The translations under genes and the position numbers were made by a program. DNA of 64,000 bases from Candidatus Eiseniibacteriota bacterium. Its GTDB lineage: Bacteria; Eisenbacteria; RBG-16-71-46; CAIMUX01; VGJL01. Every line of letters starts with the position of its first letter. Position 1 is the first letter of the stretch. The notes under the pieces were generated by a model. The model made no database searches. It was not told where the DNA came from and saw only the letters and a list, made by a program, of their open reading frames with translations. Positions 28,241 to 38,105 of this stretch are shown piece after piece. Location: contig JBHGAY010000002.1 in assembly GCA_041946735.1 (NCBI GenBank), positions 64,001-128,000 of the forward strand, given 5' to 3'.

Positions 28241-28846
28241 CTAGCGCGGCGCGCTTCCACGGCGCGCCTCGCGCCGCACGAGGGCGAGCCGTTGGAGGAA
28301 CGTGATGTGACTGCCGAGCGCAAGGGCTCCGAGGACCCAGACGTCGGAACGCGGACCGAGCAGGCAGGCGATCCCGAGAAGCACGAGCCTCTCCGGACGT
28401 TCGAGCAGCCCCACCTCGCAGCGCATTCCGAGGCCCTCGGCGCGCGCCCGCACGTAGGACGTGAGGAACGATCCGGTCAGCGCGAGGGCGAAAAGCCAGA
28501 CGAAGAGGGCCGGCTCCCCGCGCTCGATGCCGGAGATCAGGATTCCGGTCAGGATCAGCGCCTCCGCATAGCGGTCGAGCGTGGAGTCGAGCGCCGCGCC
28601 GAAGGGAGTGCCGGTGCCGCCGTGCGCGCGCGCCACGGCGCCATCGAAGAGATCCGCGAGGCTTCCGAGGATCAGGAAGACGAGGCCTCCGATGCGCGAT
28701 CCGTGAGCGAGCAGCAGTCCGCTTGCGGCGGCGAAGGCGAAGCCGGCGAGGGTCACCGCGTTCGCCGAGACGCCGATCCTCGCGAGCGCGACGCCCACCG
28801 GACGGGCGAGGGCGCGCACCCTTCCCTTCATCGGATCACTCGGCAC
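28241..28846 (-). CDS. CDP-alcohol phosphatidyltransferase (PIP-synthase/PgsA1-like)
   Basis: GVSANAVTLAG, DLFDGAVAR..FGAALDSTLDRYAE, SYVRARAEGLG..VGLLERPER. Start GTG 28846 or ATG 28831. Confidence 0.9.
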   Translation of the reverse strand: MPSDPMKGRVRALARPVGVALARIGVSANAVTLAGFAFAAASGLLLAHGSRIGGLVFLILGSLADLFDGAVARAHGGTGTPFGAALDSTLDRYAEALILTGILISGIERGEPALFVWLFALALTGSFLTSYVRARAEGLGMRCEVGLLERPERLVLLGIACLLGPRSDVWVLGALALGSHITFLQRLALVRREARRGSAPR

Positions 28847-29648
28847 GACTGTCCTCCGATCCGCTCTCCCCTGATCCGCTCTCCCCTGATCGACCTTCCT
28901 CCGCTCGGGCTGCGAGGACGATCGTGAACTCCCCCTTGCGCGGCCGCTCGAGAAGCTCCTCATGGAGCGCGGCCGCCGTTCCGCGCAGCACCTCCTCGAA
29001 GCGCTTCGTCATTTCGCGGCAGAGCGCGAGCGTGCGCTCCGGCTCGAGAGCGGCGAGAGCGGCGAGGGTCTTCTCGATCCGGTGCGGCGTCTCGAACAGG
29101 ACGATCGTGCGGGGAGAATCGAGCGCCGCCTCGAGGAATCTCCGGCGCCCTCCTTCCCGCGGAGGGACGTAGCCCGCGAAGCAGAACTGCTCCGAAGGCA
29201 TCCCGCTTGCGAGCAGCGCGGCGAGGACCGCGGACGCGCCCGGCACCACCTCCACGCGAATACCGGCGCGGCGCGCCTCCCGCGCGAGCAGGAAGCCCGG
29301 GTCGGAAATGCCCGGAGTCCCCGCGTCGGTGACCAGCGCTCCACGCTCGCCGCTTCGGAGGCGGTCGACCAGCTCGGCCGCGTTGCGATGCTCGCTGTGG
29401 GCGTGGTGAGAGATGAGGGGCTTGCGGATGCGATGGTGATCGAGCAGGATGCGCGTCCTCCGGGTGTCCTCGGCCGCGATCCAGTCGACCTCGCCCAGGA
29501 CGCGGAGGGCACGAAGCGTGATGTCCTCCAGGTTTCCGATCGGTGTCGCGACCAGATAGAGGATTCCGGGGCTCCGATCGGACCCGGAATCACCGCCGGG
29601 GGCGATCCGGTGAGCGGTCCCCGCTTTTCCGACCGGCTCTCGCTTCAC
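28836..29648 (-). CDS. rsmI: 16S rRNA (cytidine1402-2'-O)-methyltransferase
   Basis: LYLVATPIGNLEDIT, AEDTR, DAGTPGISDPG, FETPHR, REMTKRFEE. Confidence 0.97.
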   Translation of the reverse strand: MKREPVGKAGTAHRIAPGGDSGSDRSPGILYLVATPIGNLEDITLRALRVLGEVDWIAAEDTRRTRILLDHHRIRKPLISHHAHSEHRNAAELVDRLRSGERGALVTDAGTPGISDPGFLLAREARRAGIRVEVVPGASAVLAALLASGMPSEQFCFAGYVPPREGGRRRFLEAALDSPRTIVLFETPHRIEKTLAALAALEPERTLALCREMTKRFEEVLRGTAAALHEELLERPRKGEFTIVLAARAEEGRSGESGSGESGSEDSRAE

Positions 29649-29662
29649 CGGTCCGCCGGTCT

Positions 29663-29959
29663 CTAGCTGGTTGCCTGCGCGTCCTCTTTGGCCACGCGGT
29701 CCTTCAGCTCCTTGGACACCTTGAAGACGGGCACCTTCCGCGGAGGAACCTGCACCTGCGCGCCGGTTCTCGGGTTGCGGGCGATACGCGGCCTGCGGTC
29801 CTTCACCTTGAACGTGCCGAAGCCGCGGATCTCGATGTGCTTCCCTTGAACGAGCGCTTTGGAAACCGCTTCGAGGAAGAAGTCGACCGTTTCTGCGACG
29901 TCCTTCTTGGTCTGCCCGGTCTTGTCGGCAATCTCGTCAACAAGGTCGGCCTTCGTCAT
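29663..29959 (-). CDS. HU/IHF family DNA-binding protein
   Basis: MTKADLV, IEIRGFGTF, ARNPRTG, VPVFK. Confidence 0.95.
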   Translation of the reverse strand: MTKADLVDEIADKTGQTKKDVAETVDFFLEAVSKALVQGKHIEIRGFGTFKVKDRRPRIARNPRTGAQVQVPPRKVPVFKVSKELKDRVAKEDAQATS

Positions 29960-30054
29960 CCTGATACCCCTCCTTCGGAGTTCGGCCGGCGATCGGCACG
30001 GCAGCTTGAGAGCCTCTCGCAGACGGACCAACTTGCGTAATCGCAAGCGGGTAC

Positions 30055-30083
30055 ACGCTAACAACCACCCGTCGGGGTGTCAA
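30055..30083 (-). promoter_or_regulatory. Putative sigma70 promoter for HU/IHF
   Basis: Minus strand TTGACA-N17-TAGCGT with TG extension. Confidence 0.6.
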
Positions 30084-30107
30084 GGCGAAAAAAGGGGCCT
30101 CGTGGGA

Positions 30108-31097
30108 CTAACTCTTCGCCCCTGTAGAGGTTGGCGCGAAGGTCCCGGTTCGGCTTCTGCCCAGGCGGACCGTGACGCTCTCCGGCTCGGTCCGGATCGT
30201 CAACGGAGCGCGCGGGGACACCCCGGGAAGGACAGCCCGCAGCCGTACGCGCACGGCGCCGGCGGCGTGCGGGGGAAGCTCCGCGATGAGCCTCGCCCTT
30301 CGCGGATCGGCCGCCTGGACGACCGACGAGGCGCCGGCAAGAACGATCGTCGCCGAGTCGGGATCGAGGGAGAGCAGGGCCGGCCGCTCCCCCTGCGAGG
30401 GAACCACCTGCACCGGCAGGAAGCGCAAGAAGCGCATCACCTTCTCCCCCGTCTCCACCTGGACGGTCACTGTCTCCCGGTCGAGGGAGAGGCCGCTGGG
30501 CGCGTCGAGATCGACCGTGAAGCTGTGTTCGCCGCCGGCGCGACCGAGATCGATCGGGACGGTTCGAATCGAGTCGACGGCGGCGACCTTCGAGCGGCCT
30601 CCGGTCGCGCGAACACGAGCGGGAGCCGCGACCGGCCTGCGCAGGAGAGCGCGGTCCGTCGGCAGGTACCCCTCGACCCTCACCGCGACCGGCTTCGACT
30701 CGGTGACGACCGGTTCGAGGGTCAAGTGCACGACCTGCGGCTCGAGCACCTCGATGAGCGTCGTCGGAATCGTGCGAGGGATTTCCACGTCGGAGCCGAG
30801 AACGGGGCGCTGCAGCTCGCCGGCCCGCGCCTGTTGGAGACTCAGCTCCACTTCGAACGGCCGCGTGCGCAGCTTGATCAGGTCCTTCCCCGACGCGCGC
30901 ACGCGCACGCGGGCCTTCTCGGGCGGGGAATCGGCGAGGGCGAGGCCGGCCGGAATCTCGGTTATGCGGAGGGGCACCTCATAGACCACCTCGCGGTCCT
31001 GCGTCGAGAGGACGTGCACGTACGCGGCGAGCGCGAGGATCAGCGCCAAGGCTTTCGTTCCCAGGTCCTGAAAGAGAATCGACCGGAGTCCCGACAT
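30108..31097 (-). CDS. CdaR/YbbR-like domain membrane protein
   Basis: DLGTKALALILALAAYVHV N-terminal anchor followed by repeated YbbR-like beta domains (P..VRVRASG, P..VRATGG, P..ATIVLAG). Real start ATG 31097. Confidence 0.8.
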   Translation of the reverse strand: MSGLRSILFQDLGTKALALILALAAYVHVLSTQDREVVYEVPLRITEIPAGLALADSPPEKARVRVRASGKDLIKLRTRPFEVELSLQQARAGELQRPVLGSDVEIPRTIPTTLIEVLEPQVVHLTLEPVVTESKPVAVRVEGYLPTDRALLRRPVAAPARVRATGGRSKVAAVDSIRTVPIDLGRAGGEHSFTVDLDAPSGLSLDRETVTVQVETGEKVMRFLRFLPVQVVPSQGERPALLSLDPDSATIVLAGASSVVQAADPRRARLIAELPPHAAGAVRVRLRAVLPGVSPRAPLTIRTEPESVTVRLGRSRTGTFAPTSTGAKS

Positions 31098-31264
31098 CCC
31101 AACCTCGATGCGCGAAGCGACGACCGGCGAGACGGCCCACGGCCCGTGACGGGTCGAGCGTAGAGCGCGCGACCGCCCGGCGCCAGATCGTATCGGATCG
31201 CACCGGCCGCGCGCGCCCGCCCGGGACCGCCCGCGCTCACCTGGGTTCGCCTGCGTCGCGCCGC

Positions 31265-32692
31265 TCAGAACGGGTGTGTGAGCGAGACGTTCAGAATCCA
31301 GAGACGGAAGTCGTCGATCGATCTCTCGTGGAACTCCTCGTCCCACTGGATGAACGCCTCCCCGCGCACCCACGGGATCGGCGCCCACTGCGCAAGCAGC
31401 GTCGTGCGGAGGTAGGTGAAGTCGCTCGACGCGAGGCTCAGGTTCAACCCTTCGAAGACCAGCGATCCGCTCGCGCTCCCATGGTAATCGCGCCGTCCCA
31501 CCTCGACGGTGGCGTCGAACCAGAACCGCTCCGCCCCTTCCTTCGCCAGGCCGAGAAGGCCGCCGAAACTGTCGTAGTCGGCGAGGATCGAGAGGCTGTC
31601 GGCCGACGGCGAGCTCGTGCGCAGGACCTCTCCGCGCGCTCCCGCGCGGAGACGCCAGTCGGGCCCGAGCGCGATCCCGAGCACCGGGTCGTTCGAGGCG
31701 CCGAGAGTGATGTCGGTGCCGGCCTGCCCTTCCCAACGCCAATAGTCGACGAATGCGCTCGCCGAGTCGCCGCCTCGATAGTCCTCGCGCTCCCATCGCT
31801 GATCGACGTAGGGGCGCAGGCGCGAGCCGATCGACCTTTCGAAGCGCCCCTCCAGTCCCGCCGTCCGCGACGATGGAATGCCGATCTCCGGATGCTCGTA
31901 CTCCCGATCCTCGAGACGGACCGTGAGATCGATCCGCCCCCGCGAGCCCACCGCGCCTTCGGCCGACAGCTCGCCGAGGCGCGAGTCGTAAGAAGCGGCC
32001 GACTCGTCCACGGCGTCCTTCGCGCGGTAGGAGAACATCCCGCGCAGATCCAGGCCGGGAAGGATCGGGCGAATCAGCTCCGCCTGGGCGCGCAGCATGC
32101 GGTAGTCGAAGATCTGCTCCAGGCTGTCCCCTCGAGTCTTGGAGAAGTCGGCTCCGAGGCGTAGCGAAGAGCGGAGCCTCCAGGGCAGGCGACGATCCCA
32201 GGCGGCGAGGAGCGAATGGAGCGAGCCGGCCGCCGGATCGTCCTCTCCGCCCTGCGCATCGAACTGATCCTCGAAGCGGAACCGATCGCTTCGCGTGCGC
32301 AGCCCCGCCTCCAGGTGCAGATCGGCGCGACGCCGCTCGCGCCCGAGCCTGCCGACCCCGCGCAGGTCGAGCCACTTGCGCTCCGTGTCGCCGATCGTTC
32401 CGTGAAGGTCGAGAAGGCCGAGGAGCGCCGTCGAGCGCGAGCGCACCGGCCGCTGCTCGAGCACGTCCTCGATCGATCCTCCGATCCGGACCCGGTCATC
32501 GAAGATCCCGTAGGACTGATAGGACTCCTCGAGCCCGTCGACCTCGAAGCCGACGCGCCCGCCGAAGTCCGCCGCCGGCGCTCTCGCGAACCACGCGAGA
32601 AGGAGATGGAGGAGGGTCGAGGCGAGGAACGCGGGAGGGATCGAACGGCCCCGCCCGGATCCGTGAGCCCGCCGCCCCTTCCTGCGGGTCAT
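31265..32692 (-). CDS. Putative outer-membrane beta-barrel protein
   Basis: Signal-like N-terminus, amphipathic strands, C-terminal LWILNVSLTHPF (terminal Phe). Confidence 0.65.
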   Translation of the reverse strand: MTRRKGRRAHGSGRGRSIPPAFLASTLLHLLLAWFARAPAADFGGRVGFEVDGLEESYQSYGIFDDRVRIGGSIEDVLEQRPVRSRSTALLGLLDLHGTIGDTERKWLDLRGVGRLGRERRRADLHLEAGLRTRSDRFRFEDQFDAQGGEDDPAAGSLHSLLAAWDRRLPWRLRSSLRLGADFSKTRGDSLEQIFDYRMLRAQAELIRPILPGLDLRGMFSYRAKDAVDESAASYDSRLGELSAEGAVGSRGRIDLTVRLEDREYEHPEIGIPSSRTAGLEGRFERSIGSRLRPYVDQRWEREDYRGGDSASAFVDYWRWEGQAGTDITLGASNDPVLGIALGPDWRLRAGARGEVLRTSSPSADSLSILADYDSFGGLLGLAKEGAERFWFDATVEVGRRDYHGSASGSLVFEGLNLSLASSDFTYLRTTLLAQWAPIPWVRGEAFIQWDEEFHERSIDDFRLWILNVSLTHPF

Positions 32693-32707
32693 CGGGGAGA
32701 ATGGTAC

Positions 32708-33859
32708 CTAACGAATGCCCGCCGCTTCGACAGCCCGTCTCAAGAGCGCCTCGGCGATCCGGGCCGACTCGATCGCCTGGGACGTCTTGCCGGCGGCGAG
32801 CTGCTCGGCCGCCTCGGAGCGGCGCTCCCGCGCGGAATCCAGGAGCGTCACCGCTTCCCTCGATCCGGAGGCGCGGATCTCGGGGCTCACGTCGTCGATC
32901 AGCTCCTCGACGACGACGAGGGCTCGCTCGACCTCGTCGGGCGCGGGATCGCGGGCGAGAAGGAACAACGCCTGCAGCCCCAGGTCGCGGGCACGAGCGC
33001 TGAGCCGCACCGCTTGCGGCCGCCGGCCTTCCCGCGCCATCTGCCGCGCCTTCTCCTGCAGATCCCTCGCCTGGCCGTATAGGGCCGCCGCCTTGTTATC
33101 CGAGCGCTCCCGCAAGGCGAGGGCGACCTCTTCGAGGAGGGCATCCGTGCGCTCGAGCGCGATGCCGGGATCTGCGCCTGCCGCCGCGCGGTCCGTGGAT
33201 CGCTGGAGCGAGCGTTGCACAAGATCGCGCGCGATCGCCGCCAGGCGAATCGCCATCCGGTACTCGCCGCTGCGGTAGGCGTCCTGCGCGCGGCCGAGCT
33301 GCCAGACGCCGCTCTCCAAGAGACGGGTCGCCTCGGGATCGCCGCGCTCCCGCACCGCCGGCGTCGCCTCGTCGATCAGATCGCGCGTCGACTCGATCAG
33401 CTCCCGGATGCTCTCGTGCGCCTTCGCCTCGATGTCGGCCGACTCGATCGCCTTCCTCGCGAGATCGAGGGCCTGCTGCGTGAGGGAGAGGGCCGCCTTT
33501 CGGGAGTTCGGGCTCCCCGCCCGGAACGATTCCCACGCCCTCCTCTGCAGCTCGATCGCTTGCCCGAGCAGCATGCCGGGCCGCGAGCTGACCGAGGCCG
33601 AAACCTGCTCGCGCGCCCGCTCGAGCACCCGATCGGTCCGCTCCAGGATGTCCCGGACGCTGTCGAGCTGCGGCTGGGCATGGACGGTCGAGCTCGCGAG
33701 CGGCACGAGCGCCAGAGCCCAGAGGAGAGCGAGGAGGAGACGGACCCCGGTCCATCCCCGCCGGCCGCCCAGGCCGTGCCGGCCGCCCAGGCCGCGGGGC
33801 CAATGCCGATCCTCGAACGGGCGGTCGAAGAAGCGATGGGACATGGCGATCAACCGCAT
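32708..33859 (-). CDS. Secreted all-alpha repeat protein
   Basis: Signal segment LLLALLWALALVPLASSTVHA; four related helical repeats (LERTDRVLERA, IESTRDLIDEA, LERTDALLEEV, LVVVEELIDDV). Start uncertain. Confidence 0.7.
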   Translation of the reverse strand: MRLIAMSHRFFDRPFEDRHWPRGLGGRHGLGGRRGWTGVRLLLALLWALALVPLASSTVHAQPQLDSVRDILERTDRVLERAREQVSASVSSRPGMLLGQAIELQRRAWESFRAGSPNSRKAALSLTQQALDLARKAIESADIEAKAHESIRELIESTRDLIDEATPAVRERGDPEATRLLESGVWQLGRAQDAYRSGEYRMAIRLAAIARDLVQRSLQRSTDRAAAGADPGIALERTDALLEEVALALRERSDNKAAALYGQARDLQEKARQMAREGRRPQAVRLSARARDLGLQALFLLARDPAPDEVERALVVVEELIDDVSPEIRASGSREAVTLLDSARERRSEAAEQLAAGKTSQAIESARIAEALLRRAVEAAGIR

Positions 33860-33928
33860 GGCGGGCGATGGACCGGATGGGACAGACGGCGCCGGGCCTG
33901 CACCGGCAGGGACAACCGCGGCTCGCCG

Positions 33929-35323
33929 TCAGGTACGAATCCCATGTCGCTCCATCCTCGAGTAGAGGGTCCTTCGGGTCATCCCGAGCAGGGCAGCCGC
34001 CCGGCTCTTGTTCCCCCCCGCCTTCTCGATCGCGGCGAGTATGTAGCGCCGCTCCAGGTCCTCCATCGAGACCCCCTCGTCCGGAATCTCCGGCAGATTC
34101 GAGGGTTGGGACGTCACGGCCGGCCGGAGGGAGGGAAAATGCTCCGGCCCGAGCGGTTCGTCCTCCGCCAGGATCAGAGCCCTCTCGATCAGGTTTTCGA
34201 GCTCCCGGACGTTCCCCGGGAAGGGGTGCGTCGCGAGGAGTCGGAGGGCTTCCGGCCTGAAGCGTCCCGGGTCTACCCCTCTCTTTATCAAGAAGTGTTC
34301 CACCAACAGCGGCAGATCCTCCGGCCTCTCGTGCAACGACGGGAGGGTCAGAGGGAAGACGTTGACCCGGTAGTAGAGGTCTTCCCGGAAGGCTCCCTCC
34401 TGAACGGCGCGATCGAGATCCCGGTGCGTCGCGGCCAGGATCCGGACGTCGGAGGTGATCGGCCGGGTCCCGCCGACGCGAAGGAAACACTTCTCCTCGA
34501 TCGCCGAGAGGAGCTTCACCTGCATCGCCAGCGGGAGGTCTCCGATCTCGTCGAGAAAGAGCGTCCCTCCTTCGGCGACCTCGAACAGCCCTTCCTTGCG
34601 GCGGATCGCGCCGGTGAACGCGCCCTGCTCGTGGCCGAACAGCTCGCTCTCGAGCAGGTTCTCCGGGATCGCGCCGCTGTTGACCTTCACGAACGGCGCT
34701 CCCGCCCGCTTGCTGTAGTTGTGAATCGCCGCGGCGAGGACCGATTTGCCGGTGCCGCTCTCGCCGCGGATCAGGATCACGGCGTCTGAGCGGGCCGCCT
34801 TGCGAGCGAGCGAGAAGACCTCGAGCAGCTTCGCGCTCCTGCCGACCAGGTTCTCGAATCGTCCCTCCTCGAGATCCTCTCCTCCGGAACGGGCCGCCCA
34901 GCGCCGCAGCCGCTCGCGCTCGGCGAGCAGGTCCCATCGCTCGCGCACGCGCTCGACCTTGACGGAAAGGTCGAAGGAGCTGACCGGCTTCGAGAGATAG
35001 TCGAAGGCTCCGTCGCGGATCGCTTCCCGCGCGCTCTTCGGGTCCTCCAGTAGCTCGGCCTGCCCGGTCAGGATCAGCACCTCGACGAGCGGGCGCTCGC
35101 GCTTCACCCAGCGCAGCAGCTCGAGCCCGTCGGGCGGCGGCATGCGGACATCGGTGATGAGGAGGTGGAACTCCTCCGCCTCGAGCCGCTCGAGAGCCTC
35201 GCGTCCCGACGGGACGGCGACGACGTCGTAGCCCTGCCGCCGCAGCGACGCCTGCATGTCCTCGCGGAACGCCGGCTCGTCCTCAGCGAGCAGGATCCGG
35301 AACGATCCGAGCTTCCCCGGCAT
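33929..35323 (-). CDS. Sigma54-dependent response regulator (NtrC family)
   Basis: Receiver (AEDE, ITDVRMP, SKP), [39 protein letters not shown], Fis-type HTH. Confidence 0.97.
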   Translation of the reverse strand: MPGKLGSFRILLAEDEPAFREDMQASLRRQGYDVVAVPSGREALERLEAEEFHLLITDVRMPPPDGLELLRWVKRERPLVEVLILTGQAELLEDPKSAREAIRDGAFDYLSKPVSSFDLSVKVERVRERWDLLAERERLRRWAARSGGEDLEEGRFENLVGRSAKLLEVFSLARKAARSDAVILIRGESGTGKSVLAAAIHNYSKRAGAPFVKVNSGAIPENLLESELFGHEQGAFTGAIRRKEGLFEVAEGGTLFLDEIGDLPLAMQVKLLSAIEEKCFLRVGGTRPITSDVRILAATHRDLDRAVQEGAFREDLYYRVNVFPLTLPSLHERPEDLPLLVEHFLIKRGVDPGRFRPEALRLLATHPFPGNVRELENLIERALILAEDEPLGPEHFPSLRPAVTSQPSNLPEIPDEGVSMEDLERRYILAAIEKAGGNKSRAAALLGMTRRTLYSRMERHGIRT

Positions 35324-36701
35324 CTCCCTCGTCGTCTCCCTTCTCGTCGACCGGGAGCCAGAGCGTAAAGACGCTTCCCTTGCCCGGCTCCGACTGCACC
35401 TCGATCCGGCCTCCGTTCCTGCGGAGGATCGAATCTACCACCGCGAGCCCCAGCCCCGAACCGGAGCGGCGGGTCGTGAAAAACGGCTCGAAGACGCGAT
35501 CGCGCACCGCACGGTCGATCCCGACGCCGGTGTCGCGGACGGCGAGCCGCACCCACCCGTCGCGCCGCTCGATCCCGATCGACAGCTCCCCGCCTTCGGG
35601 CATCGCCTCCCGCGCGTTCAGGCAGAGATTCAGCAGCGCCTGGCGCAGCGGTCCCGGCCCGATCCGCGCGCGGAGCCCGGCCGGGCCCGGATCGACGGCG
35701 ATCCGGATGCGGCTACGCGCCATCTCCTTCTCGAGCAGCTCGACCGTCTCCTCGACGACGCGCGCGACGCCGGAGGAGGCTGATTCCTCGCGGACACGCG
35801 CGAGCGAGAGGTAGTTCGTCAGGATCCGGTCGAGACGGCGCACCTCGCTCGGGATCGTGTCGAGCAGCCGCTGGATCTCCGCGCGGTCGGTCCCCGCCTG
35901 CAGCTCCTCCTGCACCCGTTCGGCGCGCGATTGCAGCACCTGAAGCGGATTGCGGATCTCGTGCGCGACCGCCGCGGCAAGCTGCCCGGCGCTCGCGAGA
36001 GCCGTCGCGCCCCGCAGTCCCTCTTCATAGCGGGCGAGCGCGCGCAGCACGCCGATCAGGAGGATCGCGAGGACGACGGCGATCATCGCGGAGCCGATGC
36101 CGGTGACGAGCCAGATGCGACGCAGCGAGGAGAGGATCGCGAAGAAGCCGCTCCCTCCTTCCACCGCGACGACCCCGTGGATCGTCCCGGAGCTGTCCTC
36201 GATCGGGACGAAGCCGGTCTTGAAGAAGACCTCCGGCACCCCTTCCGCCTCGTAGGTCGGCGTCGCGGCGGGGATGCCGGCGAGCGCCGCGGCGAGCTCC
36301 GGCTGCGCGCCGAGCAGCGGGTCGCGCGTTCCGAAGGGAACGTCCGGAGCGGAGCCGGCCAGCGTGCGGCGCTTCGTGTCGAGGATCTCGATGCGGCCCA
36401 GCCGGCTCTCCTCCGCGATCCGCCTCAGGTCGCGGCCGAGCGGAGCGAGCACCCGCGCAGAATCGGAGGAATCGGCCGCGGCGGCCGCGAGGAGCGGTTG
36501 CGAGGAGACGGTCTGCGCGATCGTGCCGCCGATCGAGAGCAGCCGCGTCTCCAGCTCCTGCTCGACCTGTTCGCGAACGTGGCGGTACGTCCAGAAGGTC
36601 GTGCCGACGACCAGGGCGAGGAGTCCCGCAAGGAGCAGCGCGACGGCGGTGAGATAGAAGCGCCGGGGCGATCGCCCCGCTTTCGTCCGAAGCCAAGACA
36701 T
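35283..36701 (-). CDS. Membrane sensor histidine kinase
   Basis: Two TM helices flanking a periplasmic domain, AHEIRNPL, NLCLNA, DTGVG, FEPFFTT, GSGLGL. Confidence 0.97.
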   Translation of the reverse strand: MSWLRTKAGRSPRRFYLTAVALLLAGLLALVVGTTFWTYRHVREQVEQELETRLLSIGGTIAQTVSSQPLLAAAAADSSDSARVLAPLGRDLRRIAEESRLGRIEILDTKRRTLAGSAPDVPFGTRDPLLGAQPELAAALAGIPAATPTYEAEGVPEVFFKTGFVPIEDSSGTIHGVVAVEGGSGFFAILSSLRRIWLVTGIGSAMIAVVLAILLIGVLRALARYEEGLRGATALASAGQLAAAVAHEIRNPLQVLQSRAERVQEELQAGTDRAEIQRLLDTIPSEVRRLDRILTNYLSLARVREESASSGVARVVEETVELLEKEMARSRIRIAVDPGPAGLRARIGPGPLRQALLNLCLNAREAMPEGGELSIGIERRDGWVRLAVRDTGVGIDRAVRDRVFEPFFTTRRSGSGLGLAVVDSILRRNGGRIEVQSEPGKGSVFTLWLPVDEKGDDEGDAGEARIVPDPAR

Positions 36702-36741
36702 TCGATCTCCGGCTTCCGGGCGGAACGGCCCCGTTCGAGGA

Positions 36742-37557
36742 CTACGAGACGGGGTCGGGCACCTCCCCGAACTCGAAGCCGATCTGCCTCAGGTGCTCGA
36801 CCGAAGGCTCCCACGCCTCCTCCTCGACCTCAAGCGCGATCGGGCAGGAGAGATCGGCGGACTTCAGGGCGTCGAAGACCATGTCGTATCCGACCACGCC
36901 CTGGCCGCAAGGCAGGTGCAGATCGTCCTGCCCGTCGTTGTCGTGGAAGTGGAGCATCGCGATCCGGTCCTTGAACCCCTCGATCCACTCCTCCGGAGCC
37001 ATGCGCGAGTAGCAGGCGGTGTGGCCGAGATCGATGCAGGCGCGGAGGTAGGGCGAGTTCACGCTCTCGAGGATCGAGCGGAGCATCTCGCCGTCCGGCT
37101 CGAAGGTGTTCTCGATCGCGAGGACGATGTCCTCCTCCTCGGCGTTGCGCAGGATCTCCTGGATCCCTTCCAGGAAGCGTTCCCGCCAGGCGGCCTGGCG
37201 CGAGGGCCGGATCTGGTTGCTGAAGCCGGCATGCAGGACGGCGATCCGGCACTTCAGCACGCCCGCCATCTCGAGCCCCTCGAGCAGGCAGTCGCGCGCG
37301 TAGTCGTGCACGCTCGCGTCCTCGCTGCCCAGGTGCAGGTCGCGATAGGGAAGGTGGCAGGTGAGCGCGATCCCCTCCTCGTGGAGGTAGCGGCGCAGGT
37401 TCTCCAGGTCGGCGAGCGAGACGTCCCGGTTGAACGCCGTGTCGGAGAGGGCGAGGTCGAGGCCGACTCCCTCCGCACGGAGCGCCGGGAGCATCTCCTT
37501 CAGCCCGGGAACCGCTGCCGCGTCGAGCCTCTTCTGCCTGTGCAACCGATACTTCAA
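36742..37557 (-). CDS. Sugar-phosphate isomerase/epimerase family (AP endonuclease 2 TIM barrel)
   Basis: HLPYRDL, LAIEN, DLGH, HFHDNDGQDDLHLPCGQG, ALE. Confidence 0.9.
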   Translation of the reverse strand: MKYRLHRQKRLDAAAVPGLKEMLPALRAEGVGLDLALSDTAFNRDVSLADLENLRRYLHEEGIALTCHLPYRDLHLGSEDASVHDYARDCLLEGLEMAGVLKCRIAVLHAGFSNQIRPSRQAAWRERFLEGIQEILRNAEEEDIVLAIENTFEPDGEMLRSILESVNSPYLRACIDLGHTACYSRMAPEEWIEGFKDRIAMLHFHDNDGQDDLHLPCGQGVVGYDMVFDALKSADLSCPIALEVEEEAWEPSVEHLRQIGFEFGEVPDPVS

Positions 37558-37612
37558 GGTTTCCTCCCCGCTCGGCGGTCCCTGCGCGGGGGCCGGGCTC
37601 TGTCTCTCATTC

Positions 37613-38101
37613 CTACCGGGACCCCTTGCGGAGTCCCGCCAGCCGCCGTTCGCGGCGCTCGATCGCCTGCGCGTTGCGACGGCGGTCCTCGTCGGTCTCG
37701 AGCACGAGCGGCGGCACCGGAACCGGCTGCCCGTAGTCGTTCACGGCGACGAACGTCGCGTACGCCGAGGCGGTGTGCAGGGTCTCGCCGGTCCTCGGAT
37801 CCTCCGACAGGACCTTGACCCCCACCTCCAGCGAGGTCTTCCCCGTATAGTTCACCGAGGCTCGCAGGATGACGAGCTCCCCCAAGTGCACCGGATGGAG
37901 GAAGTCGATCCGGTCCATCGACGCGGTGACGACGCGGCGCCGGCAATGGCGCAGCGCGGCGATCGCCGCGGCGATATCAATCAAGTGCATGATCTTTCCG
38001 CCGCTCGCCGTGCCCAGCGGATTCGTGTCGTTCGGCTGGATCATCTCCACCATCTCGACTCGAGAGGCGGAAACCGGTTTCGGCGTCAGTTCGGCCGTCA
38101 T
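37613..38101 (-). CDS. Acyl-CoA thioesterase (hotdog, YciA-like)
   Basis: PNDTNPLGTASGG, VTASMDRIDF, GKTSLEVGV, TFVAV. Confidence 0.92.
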   Translation of the reverse strand: MTAELTPKPVSASRVEMVEMIQPNDTNPLGTASGGKIMHLIDIAAAIAALRHCRRRVVTASMDRIDFLHPVHLGELVILRASVNYTGKTSLEVGVKVLSEDPRTGETLHTASAYATFVAVNDYGQPVPVPPLVLETDEDRRRNAQAIERRERRLAGLRKGSR

Positions 38102-38105
38102 CGGC

